DNA from: Perna viridis
Lineage: Eukaryota
Length of the DNA: 64,000 nucleotides
Assembly: GCA_037379345.1 (NCBI GenBank)
Contig: CM074521.1
Coordinates: 33,380,704-33,444,703, forward strand
Direction: 5' to 3'
Position numbers and translations under genes: made by a program. Below the pieces are notes generated by a model, which worked only from the letters and a program-made list of their open reading frames with translations, was not told the DNA's origin and searched no databases. Below, one piece after another: positions 49,930 through 64,000 of this stretch. The number at the start of each line of letters is the position of its first letter. Position 1 is the first letter of the stretch.

Positions 49930-52900
49930 GCAACATGTTTATATTCTTTAAGAATTTTTGGTCAAGTATCAGTATTAACCCCAATTCTTCTTGATTAGAG
50001 AAAAGCAATCACATTTCTTTGTCTTGCAGTGGTTGATTCTGAACTTCCAATCTATGCAAAAATTATCAAGTTCATACAAACAATGCTTCAAATCCTCCCG
50101 GAGATGTATATACTGAGTCACCTGTGTATGGTTGATACATAGTTGTTCAGAATAACTGGCTCATAAACATCTTTGTGATATGATTTGATATTATCAAATT
50201 AAGAGAATAAATGTCAAATACTGGTTTCTCATATCCTCTTGGTAATTTCTCTTTAAAGGTGACTTTCAATTTGCGTCATAACAAAATGATACTCACAAAA
50301 AAATTGGAACCCACAAAATTATTTGAACAGGATATACATATATATATCAGTATCATACGGAGATTGACATACACAGAAATAAATAAATTCAAAGACTAAT
50401 TCAATCAGGTTAATAAGAAATGTCCAAAGTGTTATGAGACTATCGAAGATTCAAGAATAAACCTGTTACACTTTACATAATTTTAAAATAGACAACAAGA
50501 TATCATATACTGGGCTTCCACATAAATGACACTGTCCATCTTTTGGTTAACCAACCCATAGGTAAGCAATTCGCTTAAAATTATCAATTTTTAGGTTTCC
50601 ACTGTGTCTAGCGAATTGCCAAATTAAGTCGATCATTGGGTGCTTCTAAACTTGAAGAATCGAGAAAAGTCACGGTATTTCGCAATCGCTCTACCTTCTT
50701 CCGGACTTCTTTGTATTTTATAGCATCATTCACAAGAATCTTTCACAGAGATTTGGATGGGAAAATACCAGTGAATATGTATCCCTTGAAATAATTAAAG
50801 AGAGAATTTAGCTGAAATATGAACTAGGTGTGGTATTAGTCCAAGTCGTTCCCTTTCTGTATCTATAAAGAATTGGAATATTCTATGCACGAAAATGTGT
50901 TTGGTAAGAAATTTTGTATCCTTTTGACAGAGTTGTTGTAGAAACATCAGTTTATGTTTTTTTATCAGTCACAGGTAGTCTTTCTAGATTTAACATACTT
51001 TCGTACCTGTCTAAACGTATTGAAATTTTTAAGCCTTGAAAATGTGTAACACGTGTTGGAATGCTTCAAGTGCATGAATATCTTTGACTTTTAGTTCATT
51101 CCAAAGCCCGCATTCATAAAGAACAGCAGAGACGATACTTCTACAGAACAAGCCACACACTGTTAAGGGGTTTCACAGAGACGATTCGGTACCGACAATA
51201 GCAAAATAGGCGTTACGACTTTTTCTGCAGGCTTGCTGGGCACTGGTGACGCGTCTTTAGATCGATGTATTCCAGGATGTTTTGTTTCTTTTAGTACACA
51301 TTTATTTCAAAGTCCTAGTTTAAAGCTATTTTTGTCATCAAAATAACTTATCACTACTGACTTGCTCGGTTTGAATTAAAACCTTCATTTCAGCGAATAA
51401 TTATAAGCACAATTTAGAAGGACTTGTAGTCTGTGTGATGATGTTCTGATGCACACTAGAATTCATTTGAGGTGTTTTCCGGTGTCTTACTTATTTTGTT
51501 TTGAAAATGAATATCGAGAACAGAGTTACTTTTTCGCTTTCTATGTCATGATATTGTGAAATTACTAGTAGTTTCCTAAATAGTCGAATATCGCACTCGG
51601 TTGCTTCGTCAGTTTCACGTCACGTTAAGTATTGACCATGTAAAATATTTTACGCTAATTGTTGCGTATTACGGAATTCATTCTTGTTTGTAGTCAGTGT
51701 ATGAAGCGGAGGAAGAGCCTCTTGGTCTCACTTCATCGACCCATTTCTTACGAGCTAAACGTACATGTTTATGTGCATTTTTAACCTCAGTGTTCCAGTA
51801 CGGGTTTGCCCTTGAATTAAAACTGGACGATGGTAAAGTAACAGTTGCACATGTAAGAAGCGTATCAGTCAATTTTTCGTTTAAACAGTCTATATCATTT
51901 CCATTAACAAATCAAACATTTTCTCGTCTATTAACTCCTTGTACCTTTGGTTCATTTGAGGGTGCTTTAGACCTATTTCCGTTAGAGTTTGTCATTAAAA
52001 TGTCTTTATACGAAATTTTGTCTTTGTAATTGGAGGAAAGTTCAACTTAACTGTCACGGGTTGTACTTTTACTGTTTGGGATCGGAGGCTCTTTAATTTG
52101 CCGTGTGTTTTACTGGCAATTTTGTTCTGAATTATCCCGTCCTACACTGTTAAGTTCATGCATGGGAATTTCACGTTGCTCTTTTTGCAGGTGGGGCATT
52201 TATTTTGCTTATGTGAGGTGAATCGTTTGTGTTCACATGTGCTTGTTTGTCACCCAAATTTCGATTAGCCTTTTCGGTGTTACTCATTCACTCGATTTCC
52301 ACATTCAATGTCGTTGATTTCGCCGAACAGTTAAACATAACGATACTCATAAGTGTCCATTTGGTTTAGGCTCATTGAGGTTCAAGGCGGGGCGCTTTTC
52401 TGTATCGACGTTTGAAGAGATGAGATTACACACGATTTTGTTTTATTTCCGATTGGAGTGTGCTGATTTGACTGTCAAACACTGCAAAATCAGTTGTAGT
52501 TCGACTCATTACTTTCACTACTTTTGCATTAGATTCAAGTTTTGACACTCTTGGAATGAATTCGGCTTTAAAAAGTTCGAATTGTTGCTATTGGATTTCA
52601 ACGCTTGTTTCAAGTTCTAGTATTTATGCAGAAAGTTTCTTCTCTAAGATTTCTTTGTTTTTTAACTACTTTCCAGTGTTGTAGTTAATCTTTCAATTAA
52701 TAATTGTACTGTACTGATAAGTTCTACCTGATAGACCAGATTGTTTTCATTGATAGTTTCATTAGTCACATTGCTATTTAGCGGGTTTATAAATTTACTG
52801 AAATCTGAGTCTATTTCTGTAGATTCACCCTCTATATACATTTGAAGAACATAACAATCTTTCCCATACTTTTATATGCTTGAAGCCTTGTTCGTTGTCA

Positions 52901-53980
52901 TTCTGTAGTACATTTTACCCTTCGGGCACCCCTAAATATCATTTGCCCAAAATAGGAAAATATAATGATACCAGGTTATTAGGGATTCATTTCCATTGGC
53001 AAGGTTCAGTTGCTTTAGTATTCTTGTCTCTTGGTCGAATATGTGTGTATGTGGTCTAGTTTTAGTAATGTTTGCTGAGAAGGAATGTAGGTGTCTTGCG
53101 TGAAAAAAAGTGGTACCTTATGGCTGCCATCATGAATGTTTACATTTTGCAACTGGGACCATTGGTCATATTGCGAAGAGTTCAAAAGATCGATTGCACT
53201 GTTATTGTATACGGATGTGTTGTACTGACTACCTTCTAGACTGTCTTAAGTCTTACTGACACCACTTCTGTGAACATAGGACTTCCTGACTCATCAATGA
53301 TACCAGAATTTGGATCACAGTCAGGGGAACGTTCAAAACATGCGGCCATTTTTTTCTGTCTCCCATATAGGAGTTTTTGAATTTTGTGATACTGCAAATT
53401 TCGATAAATAATTTATGATATAAAACGAGACACAATTCACTCCTCATACATTTAAGAAATAACTTGGTGAACACTATTTTCAGAATTGTGGAGTAATATG
53501 ACTTGACTTATGAAATAAATTGTAACTAAGCAAACTATTTATAATAATATTCTTTCCAGAATATGTGCCGCTTAAAATTTCTTTTTCACGTGCAAATGAT
53601 GTCCGGCTGTTTTCTTTACCGACTGCTTGAGAATCCCTTAATATTTGTAAAGACGCAGGATAGTCGGATTGTCAGTTGGCCAGCATTCATAGAGACAAAA
53701 GTAAAAAATAATATTTTACTAAAACTAAATAAACTGAACAAATCAAACAAAACTAAACATATATATACAACATGCAAATGAACATAAGTAAATGGGCATG
53801 CAAATGAAAGTATGTAAGCAAACAAAAGTCACAGTTCACACACAGTAAACAAACTAAAAAATGGTGTAGTAAAATCTAATAGATTATTCAATCAACATCT
53901 CTCACCATAGCTTCTACGGTACACCATAATCGATGGTCAAGATCTAGGACGCAACGATTTCTGTAGACTTTCAATATAAA

Positions 53981-54423
53981 CTGGAGTTTGACCTTGGACG
54001 TATAATGACATGCTAATATTTTAATTGTAGAAATGTCATTTAACATTTTCGAACATACACTATATGCCAGTTTAGTGATAGGTACGTTTCCATTAAAAAA
54101 GAGCGCATATTGTGAAGTGATAACAGGACGAGGATCCCGTATTAGGAGTATGATTTTCAGATTCTCAATAATTGACATCATCGGCCTCAGTTCAAAGAGT
54201 GGAAATCGAATTGTTTTTATTACTACAGCACTAGCCTCCTTACAATGGTTTTCAAGTTCAAGCATATTAGATTCAAACACAACAGAAGTTTTCTTGGCAT
54301 CTTTTAAATCTGAAACACCTTGAAATTTCCGATAAAACGACAGAAGCTGATCCCCTTGATTATTCGTCTGATTAGCCCAAGACACAAAAAACTCGAAAGG
54401 AAGTCCAGTAATATTGCATGTTA
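53981..54423 (-). pseudogene. Carbohydrate sulfotransferase fragment, copy 4
   Basis: Same translation as copy 1 (within ORF 53888..54502). Confidence 0.85.
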
Positions 54424-57400
54424 GCAACATGTTTATATTCTTTAAGAATTTTTGGTCAAGTATCAGTATTAACCCCAATTCTTCTTGATTAGAGAAAAGC
54501 AATCACATTTCTTTGTCTTGCAGTGGTTGATTCTGAACTTCCAATCTATGCAAAAATTATCAAGTTCATACAAACAATGCTTCAAATCCTCCCGGAGATG
54601 TATATACTGAGTCACCTGTGTATGGTTGATACATAGTTGTTCAGAATAACTGGCTCATAAACATCTTTGTGATATGATTTGATATTATCAAATTAAGAGA
54701 ATAAATGTCAAATACTGGTTTCTCATATCCTCTTGGTAATTTCTCTTTAAAGGTGACTTTCAATTTGCGTCATAACAAAATGATACTCACAAAAAAATTG
54801 GAACCCACAAAATTATTTGAACAGGATATACATATATATATCAGTATCATACGGAGATTGACATACACAGAAATAAATAAATTCAAAGACTAATTCAATC
54901 AGGTTAATAAGAAATGTCCAAAGTGTTATGAGACTATCGAAGATTCAAGAATAAACCTGTTACACTTTACATAATTTTAAAATAGACAACAAGATATCAT
55001 ATACTGGGCTTCCACATAAATGACACTGTCCATCTTTTGGTTAACCAACCCATAGGTAAGCAATTCGCTTAAAATTATCAATTTTTAGGTTTCCACTGTG
55101 TCTAGCGAATTGCCAAATTAAGTCGATCATTGGGTGCTTCTAAACTTGAAGAATCGAGAAAAGTCACGGTATTTCGCAATCGCTCTACCTTCTTCCGGAC
55201 TTCTTTGTATTTTATAGCATCATTCACAAGAATCTTTCACAGAGATTTGGATGGGAAAATACCAGTGAATATGTATCCCTTGAAATAATTAAAGAGAGAA
55301 TTTAGCTGAAATATGAACTAGGTGTGGTATTAGTCCAAGTTGTTCCCTTTCTGTATCTATAAAGAATTGGAATATTCTATGCACGAAAATGTGTTTGGTA
55401 AGAAATTTTGTATCCTTTTGACAGAGTTGTTGTAGAAACATCAGTTTATGTTTTTTTATCAGTCACAGGTAGTCTTTCTAGATTTAACATACTTTCGTAC
55501 CTGTCTAAACGTATTGAAATTTTTAAGCCTTGAAAATGTGTAACACGTGTTGGAATGCTTCAAGTGCATGAATATCTTTGACTTTTAGTTCATTCCAAAG
55601 CCCGCATTCATAAAGAACAGCAGAGACGATACTTCTACAGAACAAGCCACACACTGTTAAGGGGTTTCACAGAGACGATTCGGTACCGACAATAGCAAAA
55701 TAGGCGTTACGACTTTTTCTGCAGGCTTGCTGGGCACTGGTGACGCGTCTTTAGATCGATGTATTCCAGGATGTTTTGTTTCTTTTAGTACACATTTATT
55801 TCAAAGTCCTAGTTTAAAGCTATTTTTGTCATCAAAATAACTTATCACTACTGACTTGCTCGGTTTGAATTAAAACCTTCATTTCAGCGAATAATTATAA
55901 GCACAATTTAGAAGGACTTGTAGTCTGTGTGATGATGTTCTGATGCACACTAGAATTCATTTGAGGTGTTTTCCGGTGTCTTACTTATTTTGTTTTGAAA
56001 ATGAATATCGAGAACAGAGTTACTTTTTCGCTTTCTATGTCATGATATTGTGAAATTACTAGTAGTTTCCTAAATAGTCGAATATCGCACTCGGTTGCTT
56101 CGTCAGTTTCACGTCACGTTAAGTATTGACCATGTAAAATATTTTACGCTAATTGTTGCGTATTACGGAATTCATTCTTGTTTGTAGTCAGTGTATGAAG
56201 CGGAGGAAGAGCCTCTTGGTCTCACTTCATCGACCCATTTCTTACGAGCTAAACGTACATGTTTATGTGCATTTTTAACCTCAGTGTTCCAGTACGGGTT
56301 TGCCCTTGAATTAAAACTGGACGATGGTAAAGTAACAGTTGCACATGTAAGAAGCGTATCAGTCAATTTTTCGTTTAAACAGTCTATATCATTTCCATTA
56401 ACAAATCAAACATTTTCTCGTCTATTAACTCCTTGTACCTTTGGTTCATTTGAGGGTGCTTTAGACCTATTTCCGTTAGAGTTTGTCATTAAAATGTCTT
56501 TATACGAAATTTTGTCTTTGTAATTGGAGGAAAGTTCAACTTAACTGTCACGGGTTGTACTTTTACTGTTTGGGATCGGAGGCTCTTTAATTTGCCGTGT
56601 GTTTTACTGGCAATTTTGTTCTGAATTATCCCGTCCTACACTGTTAAGTTCATGCATGGGAATTTCACGTTGCTCTTTTTGCAGGTGGGGCATTTATTTT
56701 GCTTATGTGAGGTGAATCGTTTGTGTTCACATGTGCTTGTTTGTCACCCAAATTTCGATTAGCCTTTTCGGTGTTACTCATTCACTCGATTTCCACATTC
56801 AATGTCGTTGATTTCGCCGAACAGTTAAACATAACGATACTCATAAGTGTCCATTTGGTTTAGGCTCATTGAGGTTCAAGGCGGGGCGCTTTTCTGTATC
56901 GACGTTTGAAGAGATGAGATTACACACGATTTTGTTTTATTTCCGATTGGAGTGTGCTGATTTGACTGTCAAACACTGCAAAATCAGTTGTAGTTCGACT
57001 CATTACTTTCACTACTTTTGCATTAGATTCAAGTTTTGACACTCTTGGAATGAATTCGGCTTTAAAAAGTTCGAATTGTTGCTATTGGATTTCAACGCTT
57101 GTTTCAAGTTCTAGTATTTATGCAGAAAGTTTCTTCTCTAAGATTTCTTTGTTTTTTAACTACTTTCCAGTGTTGTAGTTAATCTTTCAATTAATAATTG
57201 TACTGTACTGATAAGTTCTACCTGATAGACCAGATTGTTTTCATTGATAGTTTCATTAGTCACATTGCTATTTAGCGGGTTTATAAATTTACTGAAATCT
57301 GAGTCTATTTCTGTAGATTCACCCTCTATATACATTTGAAGAACATAACAATCTTTCCCATACTTTTATATGCTTGAAGCCTTGTTCGTTGTCATTCTGT

Positions 57401-58474
57401 AGTACATTTTACCCTTCGGGCACCCCTAAATATCATTTGCCCAAAATAGGAAAATATAATGATACCAGGTTATTAGGGATTCATTTCCATTGGCAAGGTT
57501 CAGTTGCTTTAGTATTCTTGTCTCTTGGTCGAATATGTGTGTATGTGGTCTAGTTTTAGTAATGTTTGCTGAGAAGGAATGTAGGTGTCTTGCGTGAAAA
57601 AAAGTGGTACCTTATGGCTGCCATCATGAATGTTTACATTTTGCAACTGGGACCATTGGTCATATTGCGAAGAGTTCAAAAGATCGATTGCACTGTTATT
57701 GTATACGGATGTGTTGTACTGACTACCTTCTAGACTGTCTTAAGTCTTACTGACACCACTTCTGTGAACATAGGACTTCCTGACTCATCAATGATACCAG
57801 AATTTGGATCACAGTCAGGGGAACGTTCAAAACATGCGGCCATTTTTTTCTGTCTCCCATATAGGAGTTTTTGAATTTTGTGATACTGCAAATTTCGATA
57901 AATAATTTATGATATAAAACGAGACACAATTCACTCCTCATACATTTAAGAAATAACTTGGTGAACACTATTTTCAGAATTGTGGAGTAATATGACTTGA
58001 CTTATGAAATAAATTGTAACTAAGCAAACTATTTATAATAATATTCTTTCCAGAATATGTGCCGCTTAAAATTTCTTTTTCACGTGCAAATGATGTCCGG
58101 CTGTTTTCTTTACCGACTGCTTGAGAATCCCTTAATATTTGTAAAGACGCAGGATAGTCGGATTGTCAGTTGGCCAGCATTCATAGAGACAAAAGTAAAA
58201 AATAATATTTTACTAAAACTAAATAAACTGAACAAATCAAACAAAACTAAACATATATATACAACATGCAAATGAACATAAGTAAATGGGCATGCAAATG
58301 AAAGTATGTAAGCAAACAAAAGTCACAGTTCACACACAGTAAACAAACTAAAAAATGGTGTAGTAAAATCTAATAGATTATTCAATCAACATCTCTCACC
58401 ATAGCTTCTACGGTACACCATAATCGATGGTCAAGATCTAGGACGCAACGATTTCTGTAGACTTTCAATATAAA

Positions 58475-58917
58475 CTGGAGTTTGACCTTGGACGTATAAT
58501 GACATGCTAATATTTTAATTGTAGAAATGTCATTTAACATTTTCGAACATACACTATATGCCAGTTTAGTGATAGGTACGTTTCCATTAAAAAAGAGCGC
58601 ATATTGTGAAGTGATAACAGGACGAGGATCCCGTATTAGGAGTATGATTTTCAGATTCTCAATAATTGACATCATCGGCCTCAGTTCAAAGAGTGGAAAT
58701 CGAATTGTTTTTATTACTACAGCACTAGCCTCCTTACAATGGTTTTCAAGTTCAAGCATATTAGATTCAAACACAACAGAAGTTTTCTTGGCATCTTTTA
58801 AATCTGAAACACCTTGAAATTTCCGATAAAACGACAGAAGCTGATCCCCTTGATTATTCGTCTGATTAGCCCAAGACACAAAAAACTCGAAAGGAAGTCC
58901 AGTAATATTGCATGTTA
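58475..58917 (-). pseudogene. Carbohydrate sulfotransferase fragment, copy 5
   Basis: Same translation as copy 1 (within ORF 58382..58996). Confidence 0.85.
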
Positions 58918-61900
58918 GCAACATGTTTATATTCTTTAAGAATTTTTGGTCAAGTATCAGTATTAACCCCAATTCTTCTTGATTAGAGAAAAGCAATCAC
59001 ATTTCTTTGTCTTGCAGTGGTTGATTCTGAACTTCCAATCTATGCAAAAATTATCAAGTTCATACAAACAATGCTTCAAATCCTCCCGGAGATGTATATA
59101 CTGAGTCACCTGTGTATGGTTGATACATAGTTGTTCAGAATAACTGGCTCATAAACATCTTTGTGATATGATTTGATATTATCAAATTAAGAGAATAAAT
59201 GTCAAATACTGGTTTCTCATATCCTCTTGGTAATTTCTCTTTAAAGGTGACTTTCAATTTGCGTCATAACAAAATGATACTCACAAAAAAATTGGAACCC
59301 ACAAAATTATTTGAACAGGATATACATATATATATCAGTATCATACGGAGATTGACATACACAGAAATAAATAAATTCAAAGACTAATTCAATCAGGTTA
59401 ATAAGAAATGTCCAAAGTGTTATGAGACTATCGAAGATTCAAGAATAAACCTGTTACACTTTACATAATTTTAAAATAGACAACAAGATATCATATACTG
59501 GGCTTCCACATAAATGACACTGTCCATCTTTTGGTTAACCAACCCATAGGTAAGCAATTCGCTTAAAATTATCAATTTTTAGGTTTCCACTGTGTCTAGC
59601 GAATTGCCAAATTAAGTCGATCATTGGGTGCTTCTAAACTTGAAGAATCGAGAAAAGTCACGGTATTTCGCAATCGCTCTACCTTCTTCCGGACTTCTTT
59701 GTATTTTATAGCATCATTCACAAGAATCTTTCACAGAGATTTGGATGGGAAAATACCAGTGAATATGTATCCCTTGAAATAATTAAAGAGAGAATTTAGC
59801 TGAAATATGAACTAGGTGTGGTATTAGTCCAAGTCGTTCCCTTTCTGTATCTATAAAGAATTGGAATATTCTATGCACGAAAATGTGTTTGGTAAGAAAT
59901 TTTGTATCCTTTTGACAGAGTTGTTGTAGAAACATCAGTTTATGTTTTTTTATCAGTCACAGGTAGTCTTTCTAGATTTAACATACTTTCGTACCTGTCT
60001 AAACGTATTGAAATTTTTAAGCCTTGAAAATGTGTAACACGTGTTGGAATGCTTCAAGTGCATGAATATCTTTGACTTTTAGTTCATTCCAAAGCCCGCA
60101 TTCATAAAGAACAGCAGAGACGATACTTCTACAGAACAAGCCACACACTGTTAAGGGGTTTCACAGAGACGATTCGGTACCGACAATAGCAAAATAGGCG
60201 TTACGACTTTTTCTGCAGGCTTGCTGGGCACTGGTGACGCGTCTTTAGATCGATGTATTCCAGGATGTTTTGTTTCTTTTAGTACACATTTATTTCAAAG
60301 TCCTAGTTTAAAGCTATTTTTGTCATCAAAATAACTTATCACTACTGACTTGCTCGGTTTGAATTAAAACCTTCATTTCAGCGAATAATTATAAGCACAA
60401 TTTAGAAGGACTTGTAGTCTGTGTGATGATGTTCTGATGCACACTAGAATTCATTTGAGGTGTTTTCCGGTGTCTTACTTATTTTGTTTTGAAAATGAAT
60501 ATCGAGAACAGAGTTACTTTTTCGCTTTCTATGTCATGATATTGTGAAATTACTAGTAGTTTCCTAAATAGTCGAATATCGCACTCGGTTGCTTCGTCAG
60601 TTTCACGTCACGTTAAGTATTGACCATGTAAAATATTTTACGCTAATTGTTGCGTATTACGGAATTCATTCTTGTTTGTAGTCAGTGTATGAAGCGGAGG
60701 AAGAGCCTCTTGGTCTCACTTCATCGACCCATTTCTTACGAGCTAAACGTACATGTTTATGTGCATTTTTAACCTCAGTGTTCCAGTACGGGTTTGCCCT
60801 TGAATTAAAACTGGACGATGGTAAAGTAACAGTTGCACATGTAAGAAGCGTATCAGTCAATTTTTCGTTTAAACAGTCTATATCATTTCCATTAACAAAT
60901 CAAACATTTTCTCGTCTATTAACTCCTTGTACCTTTGGTTCATTTGAGGGTGCTTTAGACCTATTTCCGTTAGAGTTTGTCATTAAAATGTCTTTATACG
61001 AAATTTTGTCTTTGTAATTGGAGGAAAGTTCAACTTAACTGTCACGGGTTGTACTTTTACTGTTTGGGATCGGAGGCTCTTTAATTTGCCGTGTGTTTTA
61101 CTGGCAATTTTGTTCTGAATTATCCCGTCCTACACTGTTAAGTTCATGCATGGGAATTTCACGTTGCTCTTTTTGCAGGTGGGGCATTTATTTTGCTTAT
61201 GTGAGGTGAATCGTTTGTGTTCACATGTGCTTGTTTGTCACCCAAATTTCGATTAGCCTTTTCGGTGTTACTCATTCACTCGATTTCCACATTCAATGTC
61301 GTTGATTTCGCCGAACAGTTAAACATAACGATACTCATAAATGTCCATTTGGTTTAAGCTCATTGAGGTTCAAGGCGGGGCGCTTTTCTGTATCGACGTT
61401 TGAAGAGATGAGATTACACACGATTTTGTTTTATTTCCGATTGGAGTGTGCTGATTTGACTGTCAAACACTGCAAAATCAGTTGTAGTTCGACTCATTAC
61501 TTTCACTACTTTTGCATTAGATTCAAGTTTTGACACTCTTGGAATGAATTCGGCTTTAAAAAGTTCGAATTGTTGCTATTGGATTTCAACGCTTGTTTCA
61601 AGTTCTAGTATTTATGCAGAAAGTTTCTTCTCTAAGATTTCTTTGTTTTTTAACTACTTTCCAGTGTAGTTAATCTTTCAATTAATAATTGTACTGTACT
61701 GATAAGTTCTACCTGATAGACCAGATTGTTTTCATTGATAGTTTCATTAGTCACATTGCTATTTAGCGGGTTTATAAATTTACTGAAATCTGAGTCTATT
61801 TCTGTAGATTCACCCTCTATATACATTTGAAGAACATAACAATCTTTCCCATACTTTTATATGCTTGAAGCCTTGTTCGTTGTCATTCTGTAGTACATTT

Positions 61901-63604
61901 TACCCTTCGGGCACCCCTAAATATCATTTGCCCAAAATAGGAAAATATAATGATACCAGGTTATTAGGGATTCATTTCCATTGGCAAGGTTCAGTTGCTT
62001 TAGTATTCTTGTCTCTTGGTCGAATATGTGTGTATGTGGTCTAGTTTTAGTAATGTTTGCTGAGAAGGAATGTAGGTGTCTTGCGTGAAAAAAAGTGGTA
62101 CCTTATGGCTGCCATCATGAATGTTTACATTTTGCAACTGGGACCATTGGTCATATTGCGAAGAGTTCAAAAGATCGATTGCACTGTTATTGTATACGGA
62201 TGTGTTGTACTGACTACCTTCTAGACTGTCTTAAGTCTTACTGACACCACTTCTGTGAACGTAGGACTTCCTGACTCATCAATGATACCAGAATTTGGAT
62301 CACAGTCAGGGGAACGTTCAAAACATGCGGCCATTTTTTTCTGTCTCCCATATAGGAGTTTTTGAATTTTGTGATACTGCAAATTTCGATAAATAATTTA
62401 TGATATAAAACGAGACACAATTCACTCCTCATACATTTAAGAAATAACTTGGTGAACACTATTTTCAGAATTGTGGAGTAATATGACTTGACTTATGAAA
62501 TAAATTGTAACTAAGCAAACTATTTATAATAATATTCTTTCCAGAATATGTGCCGCTTAAAATTTCTTTTTCACGTGCAAATGATGTCCGGCTGTTTTCT
62601 TTACCGACTGCTTGAGAATCCCTTAATATTTGTAAAGACGCAGGATAGTCGGATTGTCAGTTGGCCAGCATTCATAGAGACAAAAGTAAAAAATAATATT
62701 TTACTAAAACTAAATAAACTGAACAAATCAAACAAAACTAAACATATATATACAACATGCAAATGAACATAAGTAAATGGGCATGCAAATGAAAGTATGT
62801 AAGCAAACAAAAGTCACAGTTCACACACAGTAAACAAACTAAAAAATGGTGTAGTAAAATCTAATAGATTATTCAATCAACATCTCTCACCATAGCTTCT
62901 ACGGTACACCATAATCGATGGTCAAGATCTAGGACGCAACGATTTCTGTAGACTTTCAATATAAATTCAAACTAAATTTCATCATTTCAATATATATTCA
63001 TTTCTGATTCTCATGGCACACTATAATTTTCATTTTCTCATATAAATCAACCCAATTTATCATTCAAATTGACCAATACACACTTTTCAGCCAATATAAA
63101 TTTCAGAAATAATTAACACAATTCTTGTGTTGAACGTCCACACAATATTTCAACATTTCACCATATACACCGACGGAAAACTAAATTCAGCAAATTTCAC
63201 TGTGTAACAAATGGAACTGTAGAATATATTAATGCAACATCCTAGCTAAATTAACACCAACTATCGCTGACTATAAATATTACACCATCCGCTAAATTAC
63301 GGAAATATGGATCGTTGTTCACCGTACAAAACTGACATTAACATACGGTATTTAGGTAGATCTGTGTCAAAAACTAGGACGATAGCATTTGACAATATTT
63401 ACGTTGTTTCCTTCAAAACGGAGCACAAAACTTGATAGGAAAAACCCCTGAAACAAATAAATTAACCCAAAATAATTAAATGTTCACTCAAAAATGGAAT
63501 TTAAACGATAAACTGACCCGCCACGTGAGAATTTAAACTAAAGGCCTGTCCGACACGCCATACAACGACAGAAATATCTACACGGTCACAAACAGAAATA
63601 AAAC

Positions 63605-63830
63605 GCTTACCTGAGCAGATTCAACATATTTTCCTGTGAAACTCCATGTCCTGAACTGACAATTCTGAGACCTCACCAAATATGTGAATTGCAAACTTGG
63701 ACACAACACGTCCAGTCACTTCAAAATCTAAATGTGCTCTGCCTAGCCGCTTTACCTGTATAAATCAACCGTGCTTATACGCACCTGTTTGGCGGGAAAA
63801 TCATTGAGCGGGTATTACTTACCTTAAAAA
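63605..63830 (-). other. Possible 5' exon(s) of a minus-strand transcript
   Basis: Consensus donors CAG|GTAAGC (63611/63610) and AAG|GTAAGT (about 63822) in a relatively CpG-rich stretch; no downstream exon identified. Confidence 0.3.
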
Positions 63831-64000
63831 ATATGCTAAGATATTTGTGAACTACATCATCTATTTCAAACTATGGGCAAAATAGTAAATTAGTATATGC
63901 AAAAAATGAAAATAATATAATGAAGTTCGGTACAATATTCCATATGTTTCTAAGACGACCACTGAAGGGTGTTGGCTTCCGATATAGCTAACAACCACTA

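Larger units (their letters stand above)
36448..62965. repeat. Tandem array, period 4,494 bp: six copies of a 4,051-bp segment A separated by five copies of a 443-bp segment S
   Basis: The ORF track recurs every 4,494 bp. A: 36448-40498, 40942-44992, 45436-49486, 49930-53980, 54424-58474, 58918-62965. S: 40499-40941, 44993-45435, 49487-49929, 53981-54423, 58475-58917. Only a handful of differences were seen between copies. Confidence 0.97.

Noticed and set aside
40406-58996. Cluster of five functional sulfotransferase genes
   Set aside because: Each is the same 443-bp internal fragment without 5'-PSB motif, TM anchor or C-terminus, flanked by unrelated sequence.
36448-62965. rDNA, histone or Helitron tandem array
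   Set aside because: No rRNA or histone similarity, and no Helitron TC...CTRR termini or terminal hairpin were recognised at the unit boundaries.

Overview
AT-rich eukaryotic DNA, most likely a bivalve mollusc (oyster-like, judged from the repeat families; this is an inference). One intact host gene can be built by hand: a 5-exon minus-strand gene (6438->995, 309 aa) with a Cys-rich hydrophobic segment and a PPxY-bearing Pro/Tyr/Gln tail. From about 7 to 36 kb the window is nested transposon debris: a hAT-derived element with a 6-bp TSD, palindromic MITEs, CR1/RTE/RTEX-type LINE remnants and a cluster of Penelope-like retroelements with an N-terminal GIY-YIG domain (Naiad type). One Penelope-like copy carries three insertions. 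The first is a SINE-like element with no tRNA head but a pseudoknot-capable 5' end. The second is a tyrosine-recombinase-type retroelement with split direct repeats (A..B-A..B), integrated at an ATA core, with a Gag CCHC knuckle and seven regularly spaced GAGGA-loop hairpins just downstream of a splice donor. The third is a Tc1/pogo-type MITE. Bases 36448-62965 are a near-perfect 4,494-bp tandem array: six copies of a local 4,051-bp segment joined by five copies of a 443-bp carbohydrate-sulfotransferase gene fragment that is absent from both flanks. All family assignments come from motif recognition by eye; no database search was run.
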